From positions 1-28,377 of IMG/VR virus record IMGVR_UViG_3300032219_000815: a DNA stretch of 28,377 bases. The stretch is one strand, 5' to 3'. Below are positions 17,722-25,082 of the stretch, one piece after another. Positions within the stretch are counted from its first letter, which is position 1. Each line of letters starts with the position of its first letter. The DNA is from a virus (lineage: Duplodnaviria > Caudoviricetes). The translations under genes and the position numbers were made by a program. The notes beneath the pieces were generated by a model that saw only the letters and a list, made by a program, of their open reading frames with translations, was not told where the DNA came from and searched no databases.

Positions 17722-18356
17722 CGGTAGACCCCCTGACTGGCCGCGGCCAGAAGCGTTTCAAACGTCTGCGGCACAGACTGAGGTGCGCCGGTGACTGCCG
17801 GCTGCCGCGTGTCATACCAGTGGCCGACAAGGAGCAGGATCAGATGCTTCACCACGGGCGGCGCGGACTGCCCGTCGTCGCCGTAGCCCGCCGAGTACCG
17901 CACCGTCACCGAGTTCTCGTCACCTCGAGTCGCCGGCCACGAGCGAGCCCACTGTGGGTAGATGCGGCCGGGGAGGACGCTGGCGTCGATCTGGAAGTCC
18001 GTGGCGCTCGAGAGCGTGCCGTAGGTGCCATCACCAGTGCGATAGGTCACCGTCACTGCACGATCCAGCATCGGCAGCCTGGGCAGGATGATCGCCCAGA
18101 CCGGGAACAGGTCGTACTTGACCTCCCAGACCGTGGTGCAGATCGTGATGTCCAGAACATCTTCGACGTACTGCCTCGCCACCGCGATCAGCGACTGAAT
18201 GTAGAGGTCGTCTGCCTCCGTATCGACTCGGCAGTGCTGCTTGGCAAAGGCTAGACTGACAGGCTCCACTGCCGGCGACGTGATTCGACGAAGACTGCGA
18301 TACGGCGTGATCGTCGGCGTCGGGTTCTGCGGCGTGCCGAAGATGATCGTGTCCAT
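17718..18356 (-). CDS. Head-tail connector (HK97 gp6-like, long form)
   Basis: PAVEPVSLAFAKQHCRVD...DDLYIQSLIAVARQYVE...AGYG...P..VKHLILLLVGHWYDTR. Confidence 0.9.
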   Translation of the reverse strand: MDTIIFGTPQNPTPTITPYRSLRRITSPAVEPVSLAFAKQHCRVDTEADDLYIQSLIAVARQYVEDVLDITICTTVWEVKYDLFPVWAIILPRLPMLDRAVTVTYRTGDGTYGTLSSATDFQIDASVLPGRIYPQWARSWPATRGDENSVTVRYSAGYGDDGQSAPPVVKHLILLLVGHWYDTRQPAVTGAPQSVPQTFETLLAAASQGVYR

Positions 18357-18548
18357 TTATCGCCTCTTCTTCTGTGCCGTCTTGGTCGCCATGTCAGCCC
18401 GCTCGACGGCCACCGGCGCGGCCTCGGCCGTCTCGACCTGCTGAATCAGACCGCGACGAATCAGGATGTCGCACATCCCAGGAGACCAGTCGTCGAAGAC
18501 TTGCCCCTTCTCGTAGCAGTCGAAGCTCTGGAGGATGCGGATTTTCAA
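18357..18548 (-). CDS. Small hypothetical head-module protein
   Basis: TTG 18548 overlaps the upstream TGA. MKIRILQSFDCYEKGQVF...LIRRGLIQ with a basic tail. Confidence 0.65.
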   Translation of the reverse strand: MKIRILQSFDCYEKGQVFDDWSPGMCDILIRRGLIQQVETAEAAPVAVERADMATKTAQKKRR

Positions 18549-19273
18549 TTTACTTGCCCCCAGGCGTCCGCGGGTGCCTTCTGGCCGCCGTTCCAGTAGT
18601 CCGTCGTGTGCTGCTGAACCTTGCCGCCCTCGGCCTTCCGCGACGGCCATGTGACCATCAGCTCGGCGTGGCCGACGCTGACGTGCGTTGCCAGCCCAAG
18701 CTTGTTTCCGCAGGCGGCCCAGCTTTTCCAGAAGCCGATATCCTCGTCGGTATGCCCGCCCGACCACTCGCCATCGGCGTTCGCCTTGGCGATGAACCAG
18801 GGCTTCTTCATCTTCTTGAGAGCCGCCGTTCGCAGGAACGTAAGGCCGAAGTGAGCCGTCTCGACCGGCTGGACGACCTTGTTGAAGAAGTCGCCGTCCA
18901 CTGTCGTCTTCTCGTCTACGTCGCTTCCAGCCAGAGCGAACATCACCGCATTGGCCTCCCGCTTGGTCTGGAGCGGCGCGATGGCGTCGTACCCAGAGTG
19001 CAGGAGCAACGCCAGCAACGCCTCGACCGTCTTGGAGTTGAAGACGGTGTCGTAATCAACGGTCAGGATCACATCGTTGTCGTCGATGACCTGTTCCATC
19101 GCCCGCTGAAGGCACTGCCCCCAGTAGGCACCAGTCACCTTTATGGGACTGATGCCGTGGGGGGCGAGTGCCGACGAGACGCAGAAGAAATTGTCGGTGA
19201 ACCCAAGTCGCGGGGTGCTCATCACCGCCGCGACTTTGATTTCCGCTTCGACGTTTCCGACTCTGACCAGCAT
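18545..19273 (-). CDS. GT-A fold glycosyltransferase-like protein
   Basis: DxD motif (ILTVDYDTVF), HFGLTFLR...KPWF, DEDIGFW and VGHAE, in GT-A/GT2-like order. Confidence 0.72.
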   Translation of the reverse strand: MLVRVGNVEAEIKVAAVMSTPRLGFTDNFFCVSSALAPHGISPIKVTGAYWGQCLQRAMEQVIDDNDVILTVDYDTVFNSKTVEALLALLLHSGYDAIAPLQTKREANAVMFALAGSDVDEKTTVDGDFFNKVVQPVETAHFGLTFLRTAALKKMKKPWFIAKANADGEWSGGHTDEDIGFWKSWAACGNKLGLATHVSVGHAELMVTWPSRKAEGGKVQQHTTDYWNGGQKAPADAWGQVN

Positions 19274-19277
19274 GGAT

Positions 19278-19348
19278 CGCTCCTTGTGTGGAGCGGGCGC
19301 GCATCCATGCGCCTTTGTCGGCCGTCATGGCCGTCCCGCAGTTCGGGA
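19278..19348 (-). promoter_or_regulatory. Four-hairpin leader of the glycosyltransferase gene
   Basis: TCCCG/CGGGA, CGGCC/GGCCG, GCGCA-TGGA-TGCGC, and CGCTCC-ACACAA-GGAGCG, which sequesters the RBS. Confidence 0.6.
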
Positions 19349-19349
19349 A

Positions 19350-19772
19350 TCAGCCTCGAATCCAGCCGATGCAACCAGCCTCGGTGGCAGTCGTCGGGGC
19401 ATCGCCGCGAGACAGCCGAGCCGCCACCACCGTGTTCACGCTGACCGCCGGGGTCGCCGTGATCTTGAGGTAGCGCTTCCGAGCCTTCGTATCGACATCG
19501 AGCTTGACGATGGCAGCCGACGCGGTGTCGGTCACGGCCGGGATCGTGAAGTCGGTGCCGCCGACGAAGCCGGTCACGTTCGAGTAGGACGAGTTGTCGT
19601 CCGACTCTTCGATCTTCAGCACGCTGGCGAACACCGTCGAGGCGTTGCTGGCACGCAGGACAGACACGCTGGCGTAGTCGTAGCCGAGCGAGTCGATCGT
19701 CAGGGTCACGGCACTCGAGCCGACAGAAGTCGGGACGGAGGCCACAACCTTTTGATTCTGGGCGTGGATCAT
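19350..19772 (-). CDS. Probable capsid decoration/cement protein (beta-sandwich)
   Basis: Directly after the major capsid gene. LKIEESDDNSSY and KRYLKI resemble Bbp16-like cement proteins. Start ATG 19772. Confidence 0.55.
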   Translation of the reverse strand: MIHAQNQKVVASVPTSVGSSAVTLTIDSLGYDYASVSVLRASNASTVFASVLKIEESDDNSSYSNVTGFVGGTDFTIPAVTDTASAAIVKLDVDTKARKRYLKITATPAVSVNTVVAARLSRGDAPTTATEAGCIGWIRG

Positions 19773-19812
19773 GGTATAGGGGTTCCTTTCCTTGAGGTTT
19801 TGGTTGTTAGGC

Positions 19813-21165
19813 TCACGAGGCCGCGGTCTTGAGGGCAATCACAGGGCCAGCGGTCGTGTTGTCGCCCAGCGAGTGGTGAACCACGTCGAACCGCATCGTG
19901 CCCTGGAGCAGGAGCTGATCGGTCGTGGCGTACACCTGATCGTAGAGCCGAACCGAGAAGTCCCGCCGACGAGCGTAGATGCTGGAGAGGCCGAGGTTCG
20001 CGAAGATGCACTTGACCTTACCGGCGTCAGCACCGAGCGTGCCGTCCATGACGTGAACGAGGTTCACCGGATACCCGAGGAACTGCTCGGTCACGCCGCC
20101 GCCGATCTGCTCGACGGTGTTGCCGCCAGCCGCGTAGCGGAGGCGGGCCATCGAGGCAGCGAAGCCAGCCGGCGAGATATACCAAGCTGCCCCCTGGCGG
20201 GCGTAGAGTGGCATCTTGCCGATGGTCTTGATGAAGTCAGTGACGGTCAGGGACTCGAAGCCCGTCGCACCCGTGCCGGCAGTCAGAACGCCAGCGGTGT
20301 GAGTGCCGTCGTTGATCTTCGGAACCACGCCGTAGATTCCGCCGTAGCTGGAGGTGCCGTCACCCAACCAGCCGCACAAATCGCCCTTGAGCGCCAGAGA
20401 CGTTGAAAATTCCAGAGCCACAGCATCTGCAATCGACACGAGAGCGTCTTCGACCACTTCGGAACTCATGCGGGTTCCGACTGCGAGCTTCTTCGCGATG
20501 AGCTGCACGTTCGCGTAGGTCGGCTCGCTCTCGTTCACCGCCGTGCCTTCGCCCACGAAGTAAGCACTGGTGCCCGTGATCCGCTTCGGGATGATCATCG
20601 TGTCGCGGGTCATCGTGACCTTCTCGACGTTGCTCGCCGCGAAGGTGCCGTAGTTTTCGACGAGCCGAATCACGCGGGCCGCGAACTCCTCTGGGACAAG
20701 GGCACCGCCGGCCGAGTTGTTGTTCTCGCCAAGGGCACGGCTCTCGACGCCGTGATCCTTGCACCAGCGAATGTCGTCAGCGTTCTTGTAGACCACCGCC
20801 CGCAGCCAGCGACCGCAGCGGTAGGCACTCTCGACAGCCTCGGGGCCGTCGTTGAACGCCCGCAGGCTGGTGTGATGGGGCTGGATCGAACGAATCTCGA
20901 CCTTCTTGTCTTCGACCTTGGCGGCCACTTCGGCGACGGGGGCCGGGGCGGGGGCGGCCTTCTCGACCACCGCACGCAGCTCAGCTTCCTTGGCGGCGAT
21001 CCGCTCCTCGAAGTCGAGGGAGGTCTTCAGGTCGTCGGCCTGATTGCCGAGGGAGACGAGTTCCTTGGTCTGTTCGGCCGAGCGATCCTCGATGCCGCCC
21101 AGTTCGGTCATCCGCGCGGCCACAGCCGCGGCACGTTCCTGAAGACGCTTGAGATTCGACGCCAT
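19813..21165 (-). CDS. Major capsid protein, HK97 family
   Basis: N-terminal coiled-coil delta domain, then GGALVPEEF, AYFVGEG, KKLAVGTRMSSEVVEDA and GDGT. AAGGAG RBS before ATG 21165. Confidence 0.95.
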   Translation of the reverse strand: MASNLKRLQERAAAVAARMTELGGIEDRSAEQTKELVSLGNQADDLKTSLDFEERIAAKEAELRAVVEKAAPAPAPVAEVAAKVEDKKVEIRSIQPHHTSLRAFNDGPEAVESAYRCGRWLRAVVYKNADDIRWCKDHGVESRALGENNNSAGGALVPEEFAARVIRLVENYGTFAASNVEKVTMTRDTMIIPKRITGTSAYFVGEGTAVNESEPTYANVQLIAKKLAVGTRMSSEVVEDALVSIADAVALEFSTSLALKGDLCGWLGDGTSSYGGIYGVVPKINDGTHTAGVLTAGTGATGFESLTVTDFIKTIGKMPLYARQGAAWYISPAGFAASMARLRYAAGGNTVEQIGGGVTEQFLGYPVNLVHVMDGTLGADAGKVKCIFANLGLSSIYARRRDFSVRLYDQVYATTDQLLLQGTMRFDVVHHSLGDNTTAGPVIALKTAAS

Positions 21166-21180
21166 GATTTGCCTGCTCCT

Positions 21181-21314
21181 TAGTTTGAGCCGGCCAATCG
21201 CGGTGTGCGGCGGCCGGCGGGTGTACCCGCTAGCGCGCCGCGCTCTCGAATCCTCGAGACGCTCGCACTGCCCCCCACGACATCCGTCGCGGGGCAATGT
21301 GTCTACTTGTAGAC
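21181..21314 (-). promoter_or_regulatory. Structured 5' leader of the major capsid gene
   Basis: Hairpins at 21301-21314, 21269-21296 (loop GGAT), 21244-21259 (loop GGAT) and 21217-21230. Confidence 0.65.
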
Positions 21315-21316
21315 TA

Positions 21317-22981
21317 TCAACCCTTTGGAACGCTGTGCAACTGAGTGCGCAGGATTGTCGCCTTCAAGTTGGCGAGCTTCACTGCGATCTCTTCTGCTTG
21401 CTTCGCTGCCCGCATGTCCTCGGCAGCCTTCTCATCAACAGCCGGAGCCGGCTCGGGCTTCTTTTCTTCGCTCATACGCTCCTCGGGGATGATCCACAGT
21501 TTGCAAACCGCATCGGCAGCGATCTCGCCCTGCACGATGTAGCATCTGCCTTCCTCGCTCTCGAAGAAGACGCAGTTGCTGCACTTCTTGCCATCTTTGG
21601 CGAACGGATTCTCCGTCATGTAGTGGGCTTCGTTCTGCGAGAACTGACCGTACTCTTCGGCGATGCTCTCGTATGACTCTGCCAGGGCGAGGTTCGCGGG
21701 CGAGAGCATGGATTCGTACTCATCGCCTTCGACGATGTCTCGCTGGCCGGCGGCCCGCTCCATCTGCGAGACCTTGGCCTCGCTCCACCGCCATGCTGGG
21801 TCGCCGCCCCAGAGCATCCAGGCGGTGTAGCCGGGTGTCTCTTCGCCGGCCTTGCTCCAGCCGGCTCGCTTATCGACCTTGTGGCGACGGAACCAAGCCC
21901 GCATCTCGCGGACGTGTTCGGGAGTGAGTTCACTGCGGTCGGCGATCTTGCCAGCACGGGCAACCGTCTCCGGCTTGAGCCCGTCGCCCGATCGACCAGC
22001 CTCGTGCAGCGCCAGACCACGCTTTGCGGCGGCAGCCATGCCCGCGTTGGGGGTCAGATTCACGTCGGAGGCGGCTCGTTCCTGAGAAACGAGCGGTTCG
22101 GGGGCGGTTTCAGTCGCGGAGTCCACAGACGGGGCTGCTTCCGGCTGCGCGGAAGCAGCACGCCGATCCACCCACTTCTGACCAGCGTCACCGCCTGCGA
22201 GTTGCCACTCAATCCAGGCCGGCGTGCCCGACCAGCCAGTCGCTTTCGCTGCCAAACAGCGTTCGTAGACCTCGGCGAGGTACAAAACCTCCTCGACAGA
22301 CACGATTTCGCGGTTCGCGAGCCTCTCGGCAACGCACAAGAGGCGGGAATCGACTTTTTCGGCTCTCTGGGCCAGCTTCAGGCCGCGTTTTGCAGCGTTC
22401 GCCATCGTCTGAATGGGCCGATAGCTCTCGCCGAGGGCCATTTCGATGGCTCGGCGACTCACAACAACGCTGGACGTGTCATAAGCAGGCCGAACCACGG
22501 GGCCGACATCCTCGAGCAGCCCGATCGCACGCACTTCGCGCCTCCGAATGCCTCTCTGGCCGTCTGTAGACCACGAATCTCCGCCGTCGCGCTTGATTGC
22601 GAAGGCAAAACTTGAGCCGACGACTGTCCGATCGCGAACCCATTCGATCACGTCGCGGCCGATGGAGGTGTTTTCGTTCGGCGTGATCTCATAACGAAGA
22701 CCATAGGGGTCTTTCGTGAGCTTCATCGTGCCGTTTCCGGTGCGGCCCAGGAGAAGATTGCGGTCGTGATTGAACACGCCGATGACATCCGGCCCCTCGG
22801 CGAGCACCTCGTCGAACGCATTCGGGTGAATGGTCTCCACAAAACCACCCAAGTTGCGACTTTCGGAGTTAAAGACGGCAGCGTAGCCCGAAATCACGGG
22901 CTTCTTCTCGCCGTTCCCCATGTCTCGGTACTCAATAGTCGCGTCCGAGACCGTCGTGCGCCGCTCAATTTCGTTGGTCAT
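21317..22981 (-). CDS. HK97-family prohead protease with duplicated accessory domain and C-terminal HiPIP-like domain
   Basis: ISGYAAVFNS...GGFVETI...FNHD..LLLGRT...GSSFAF...LEDVGPVVRPAY. Start ATG 22981 (ATGA overlap); 554 aa. Confidence 0.92.
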   Translation of the reverse strand: MTNEIERRTTVSDATIEYRDMGNGEKKPVISGYAAVFNSESRNLGGFVETIHPNAFDEVLAEGPDVIGVFNHDRNLLLGRTGNGTMKLTKDPYGLRYEITPNENTSIGRDVIEWVRDRTVVGSSFAFAIKRDGGDSWSTDGQRGIRRREVRAIGLLEDVGPVVRPAYDTSSVVVSRRAIEMALGESYRPIQTMANAAKRGLKLAQRAEKVDSRLLCVAERLANREIVSVEEVLYLAEVYERCLAAKATGWSGTPAWIEWQLAGGDAGQKWVDRRAASAQPEAAPSVDSATETAPEPLVSQERAASDVNLTPNAGMAAAAKRGLALHEAGRSGDGLKPETVARAGKIADRSELTPEHVREMRAWFRRHKVDKRAGWSKAGEETPGYTAWMLWGGDPAWRWSEAKVSQMERAAGQRDIVEGDEYESMLSPANLALAESYESIAEEYGQFSQNEAHYMTENPFAKDGKKCSNCVFFESEEGRCYIVQGEIAADAVCKLWIIPEERMSEEKKPEPAPAVDEKAAEDMRAAKQAEEIAVKLANLKATILRTQLHSVPKG

Positions 22982-23451
22982 GCCGTCACCTGATTCGCGA
23001 GGTAGTTGTCCACACCGATCTGCTCGATCACCTTCCGAATTGCTTCGATGCCGGCCATCGAGTCTTCGCTGCCACGCCGAAGCTTCATGAAAATCTTGGC
23101 CGTGACTGAGTCGCCGACGGCGATGCACGTCATAAAGCCGGCCCGCTCGACCTCCGCGGCCGTCACGTCGGCGTCGTAGTTCATGTCAAGGATGGATTCA
23201 AAGTCGTGACGGGGCAGTTCCGGCTCGCCGTGAGTCGGCGACGGCTGGACATCGAAGAACTCGAGTCGCTCGGAGAGCGTCTTGACGTGACCGCGTTCCT
23301 CGGCCGCGTATGACGCCCAGGTCTCGCCCAACTTCCCGTAGCCCCAGCGGGTCAGGTGGACGGCCTGAAGGTCATACATCTCGGCCTGCGACCAATGCAG
23401 CGCAAGAGACGCCTGCAATGCTTCGACAACGCCGTCAAGTGGCTGTGGCAT
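22978..23451 (-). CDS. bfr: Bacterioferritin-like protein with degenerate ferroxidase centre
   Basis: Aligns by eye without gaps to E. coli Bfr recalled from memory: Y26, WG36-37, EExxH 51-55, ER..F...P, GD114, and C-terminal IEQIGVDNYLANQ. Confidence 0.85.
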   Translation of the reverse strand: MPQPLDGVVEALQASLALHWSQAEMYDLQAVHLTRWGYGKLGETWASYAAEERGHVKTLSERLEFFDVQPSPTHGEPELPRHDFESILDMNYDADVTAAEVERAGFMTCIAVGDSVTAKIFMKLRRGSEDSMAGIEAIRKVIEQIGVDNYLANQVTA

Positions 23452-25081
23452 CGTTCGTCAGGTGCTTGTCGCACCAGCCTTCTGTGACTGTTTCGTACCT
23501 CTGGCCGCTGCGGTGGCACTCCAGCAGGAGTTCTCGCGAACGGCTCATCCACGCTCCAATAAATCCGTCGATGTCTCGGCCAGTGGCCTGTGCTGCCTCG
23601 GCAAGTTCATCTCGCATTCGGCCGGTCATCTGATCCAGCCATGAGGCGAGCTTCTCTGGCTTGTTGCGGCGCTCGAGCACGCCGTCGGCCTCAATGGCGG
23701 CGAGTCGCCGAAGATTCGTCTTGAACAGCACCTCGGCACCAGCGGCCTGCCGGGCGTCCTCAGCAGCCGCGGGGGCGTCGGCGGCGGCCGGCTCTGGCAC
23801 GGCATCGACGTTCGCCTGCGGGGCGGGGGCCGCCTCGGGCTGCGGCTTCTGTCCCGTCGGGTTGTCGGCAGTGAACGCCTCGAGCAACTGCATATTGACT
23901 TGCACGAACCGCTTCTTGCCCAGGCCGTCGGGCAGCGGGTTGTAGCCGATCTGCGAACGGATTTCGTCGATGTCAAGGGCACCGAGATTCGCCATCTCAC
24001 GCAGGAACTGCGACCGCGCCGCATAGTCGCCGACCATCAGGGCGTTTGTATCGAACTGGCAGAAATACTGCTTGTCGTCGATCACCAGATCGCGGCGGCA
24101 CGCCATTTCCCATCGGCGGCACCACGGGATCAGGCTGAACGTGACGAAGTCAATGGCCGACTGTTCCACCGTCGAGAACCGTACATTCGACAAGTCGCCG
24201 ATCAAATGACCTGGAACGCGATACGCTCGACTGACCTCTTCGCACTGATAGCGTCGGGTCTCAATGAGCTGACTGGTATCGTTGCGAACCTCAACCGACT
24301 TGCGGTGGAAGCCAAAAGGCATCACGACCGTCTTGTAAGACTTATCCGGCCCCTGATGAGCGTCGTTCCACTGTTCTTTGAACCTCGCCAGCACCTCGGG
24401 CTTGTGAGGCTGATCAGTCTCGATGTAGGTGCCCATCTGGGCTCCATTCCCGAAGAACGAGCCGGAGTGCAGTTCGGTGGCGCGGGCAAGCCCGATCGCG
24501 TCCCTGGAGAGCGTCGTCGGAGTGAAGCCCTTCACTCCATCAGACGAGAGCCACCGCAAATGAAAAATCTCGTCCTGGCGATACTCGGTGATCTCGACCT
24601 GTGGCTGAATCGGCGTAGTCGGCTCGGTGTAGTAGTACCGGAGCTTGCCATTGGTGAGCCGCTTGACCTCCATCCGCGACGGATGCAGCGGGATCAACTC
24701 GGTCACGCCGCCCTGCCGGCCGCCCTTGATGTAGGCATAGGCATTTCCCCAGAGAAGGAGCCAGCTTTGCATGAGTTCCCTGAACTCGAAACCCGTCATC
24801 CACGAGTTGGGCTGATAGCAGAGAACCTCATGAAGATGCTGCTCTTCGGCGATTTCCTTGCCGCCGCCGGGGAGCCTGCGGTAGACGTTGAAAGGCAGGC
24901 TGGCGATCGACTCCGACAGCACCCGCACGCAGGCGAGAACCGCCGTGCATTCCAGGGCGGTCTCAGGCGAGACAGTGACGCCCGAAGCGGTGCGGCGAGT
25001 GTTGCTGATCTCCTCGAAAATACGAGCGAGATTGCCGCGAAGCTCAATCAGATCGGAGACTTCCTCGTCGATCTTATCCAC
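23435..25081 (-). CDS. Portal protein, HK97 family
   Basis: AVLACVRVLSESIASLP, PNSWMT, LLWGNAY, LIPLHPSRM, EIFHLR, FFGNGA and QLIETR. Confidence 0.96.
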   Translation of the reverse strand: MDKIDEEVSDLIELRGNLARIFEEISNTRRTASGVTVSPETALECTAVLACVRVLSESIASLPFNVYRRLPGGGKEIAEEQHLHEVLCYQPNSWMTGFEFRELMQSWLLLWGNAYAYIKGGRQGGVTELIPLHPSRMEVKRLTNGKLRYYYTEPTTPIQPQVEITEYRQDEIFHLRWLSSDGVKGFTPTTLSRDAIGLARATELHSGSFFGNGAQMGTYIETDQPHKPEVLARFKEQWNDAHQGPDKSYKTVVMPFGFHRKSVEVRNDTSQLIETRRYQCEEVSRAYRVPGHLIGDLSNVRFSTVEQSAIDFVTFSLIPWCRRWEMACRRDLVIDDKQYFCQFDTNALMVGDYAARSQFLREMANLGALDIDEIRSQIGYNPLPDGLGKKRFVQVNMQLLEAFTADNPTGQKPQPEAAPAPQANVDAVPEPAAADAPAAAEDARQAAGAEVLFKTNLRRLAAIEADGVLERRNKPEKLASWLDQMTGRMRDELAEAAQATGRDIDGFIGAWMSRSRELLLECHRSGQRYETVTEGWCDKHLTNDATAT

Positions 25082-25082
25082 G

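Noticed and set aside
18374-19832. 356-aa and 229-aa plus-strand ORFs
   Set aside because: Arg-rich low-information translations opposite well-supported genes.
21166-23128. ORF-track upstream starts for capsid (21297) and protease (23128), and similar extensions elsewhere
   Set aside because: Downstream ATGs have an RBS or stop-start overlap; the extensions run through other genes or leader RNA.
19813-23451. Encapsulin operon (ferritin plus HK97-fold shell)
   Set aside because: Terminase, portal, protease, delta domain and tail genes show this is a true phage head.
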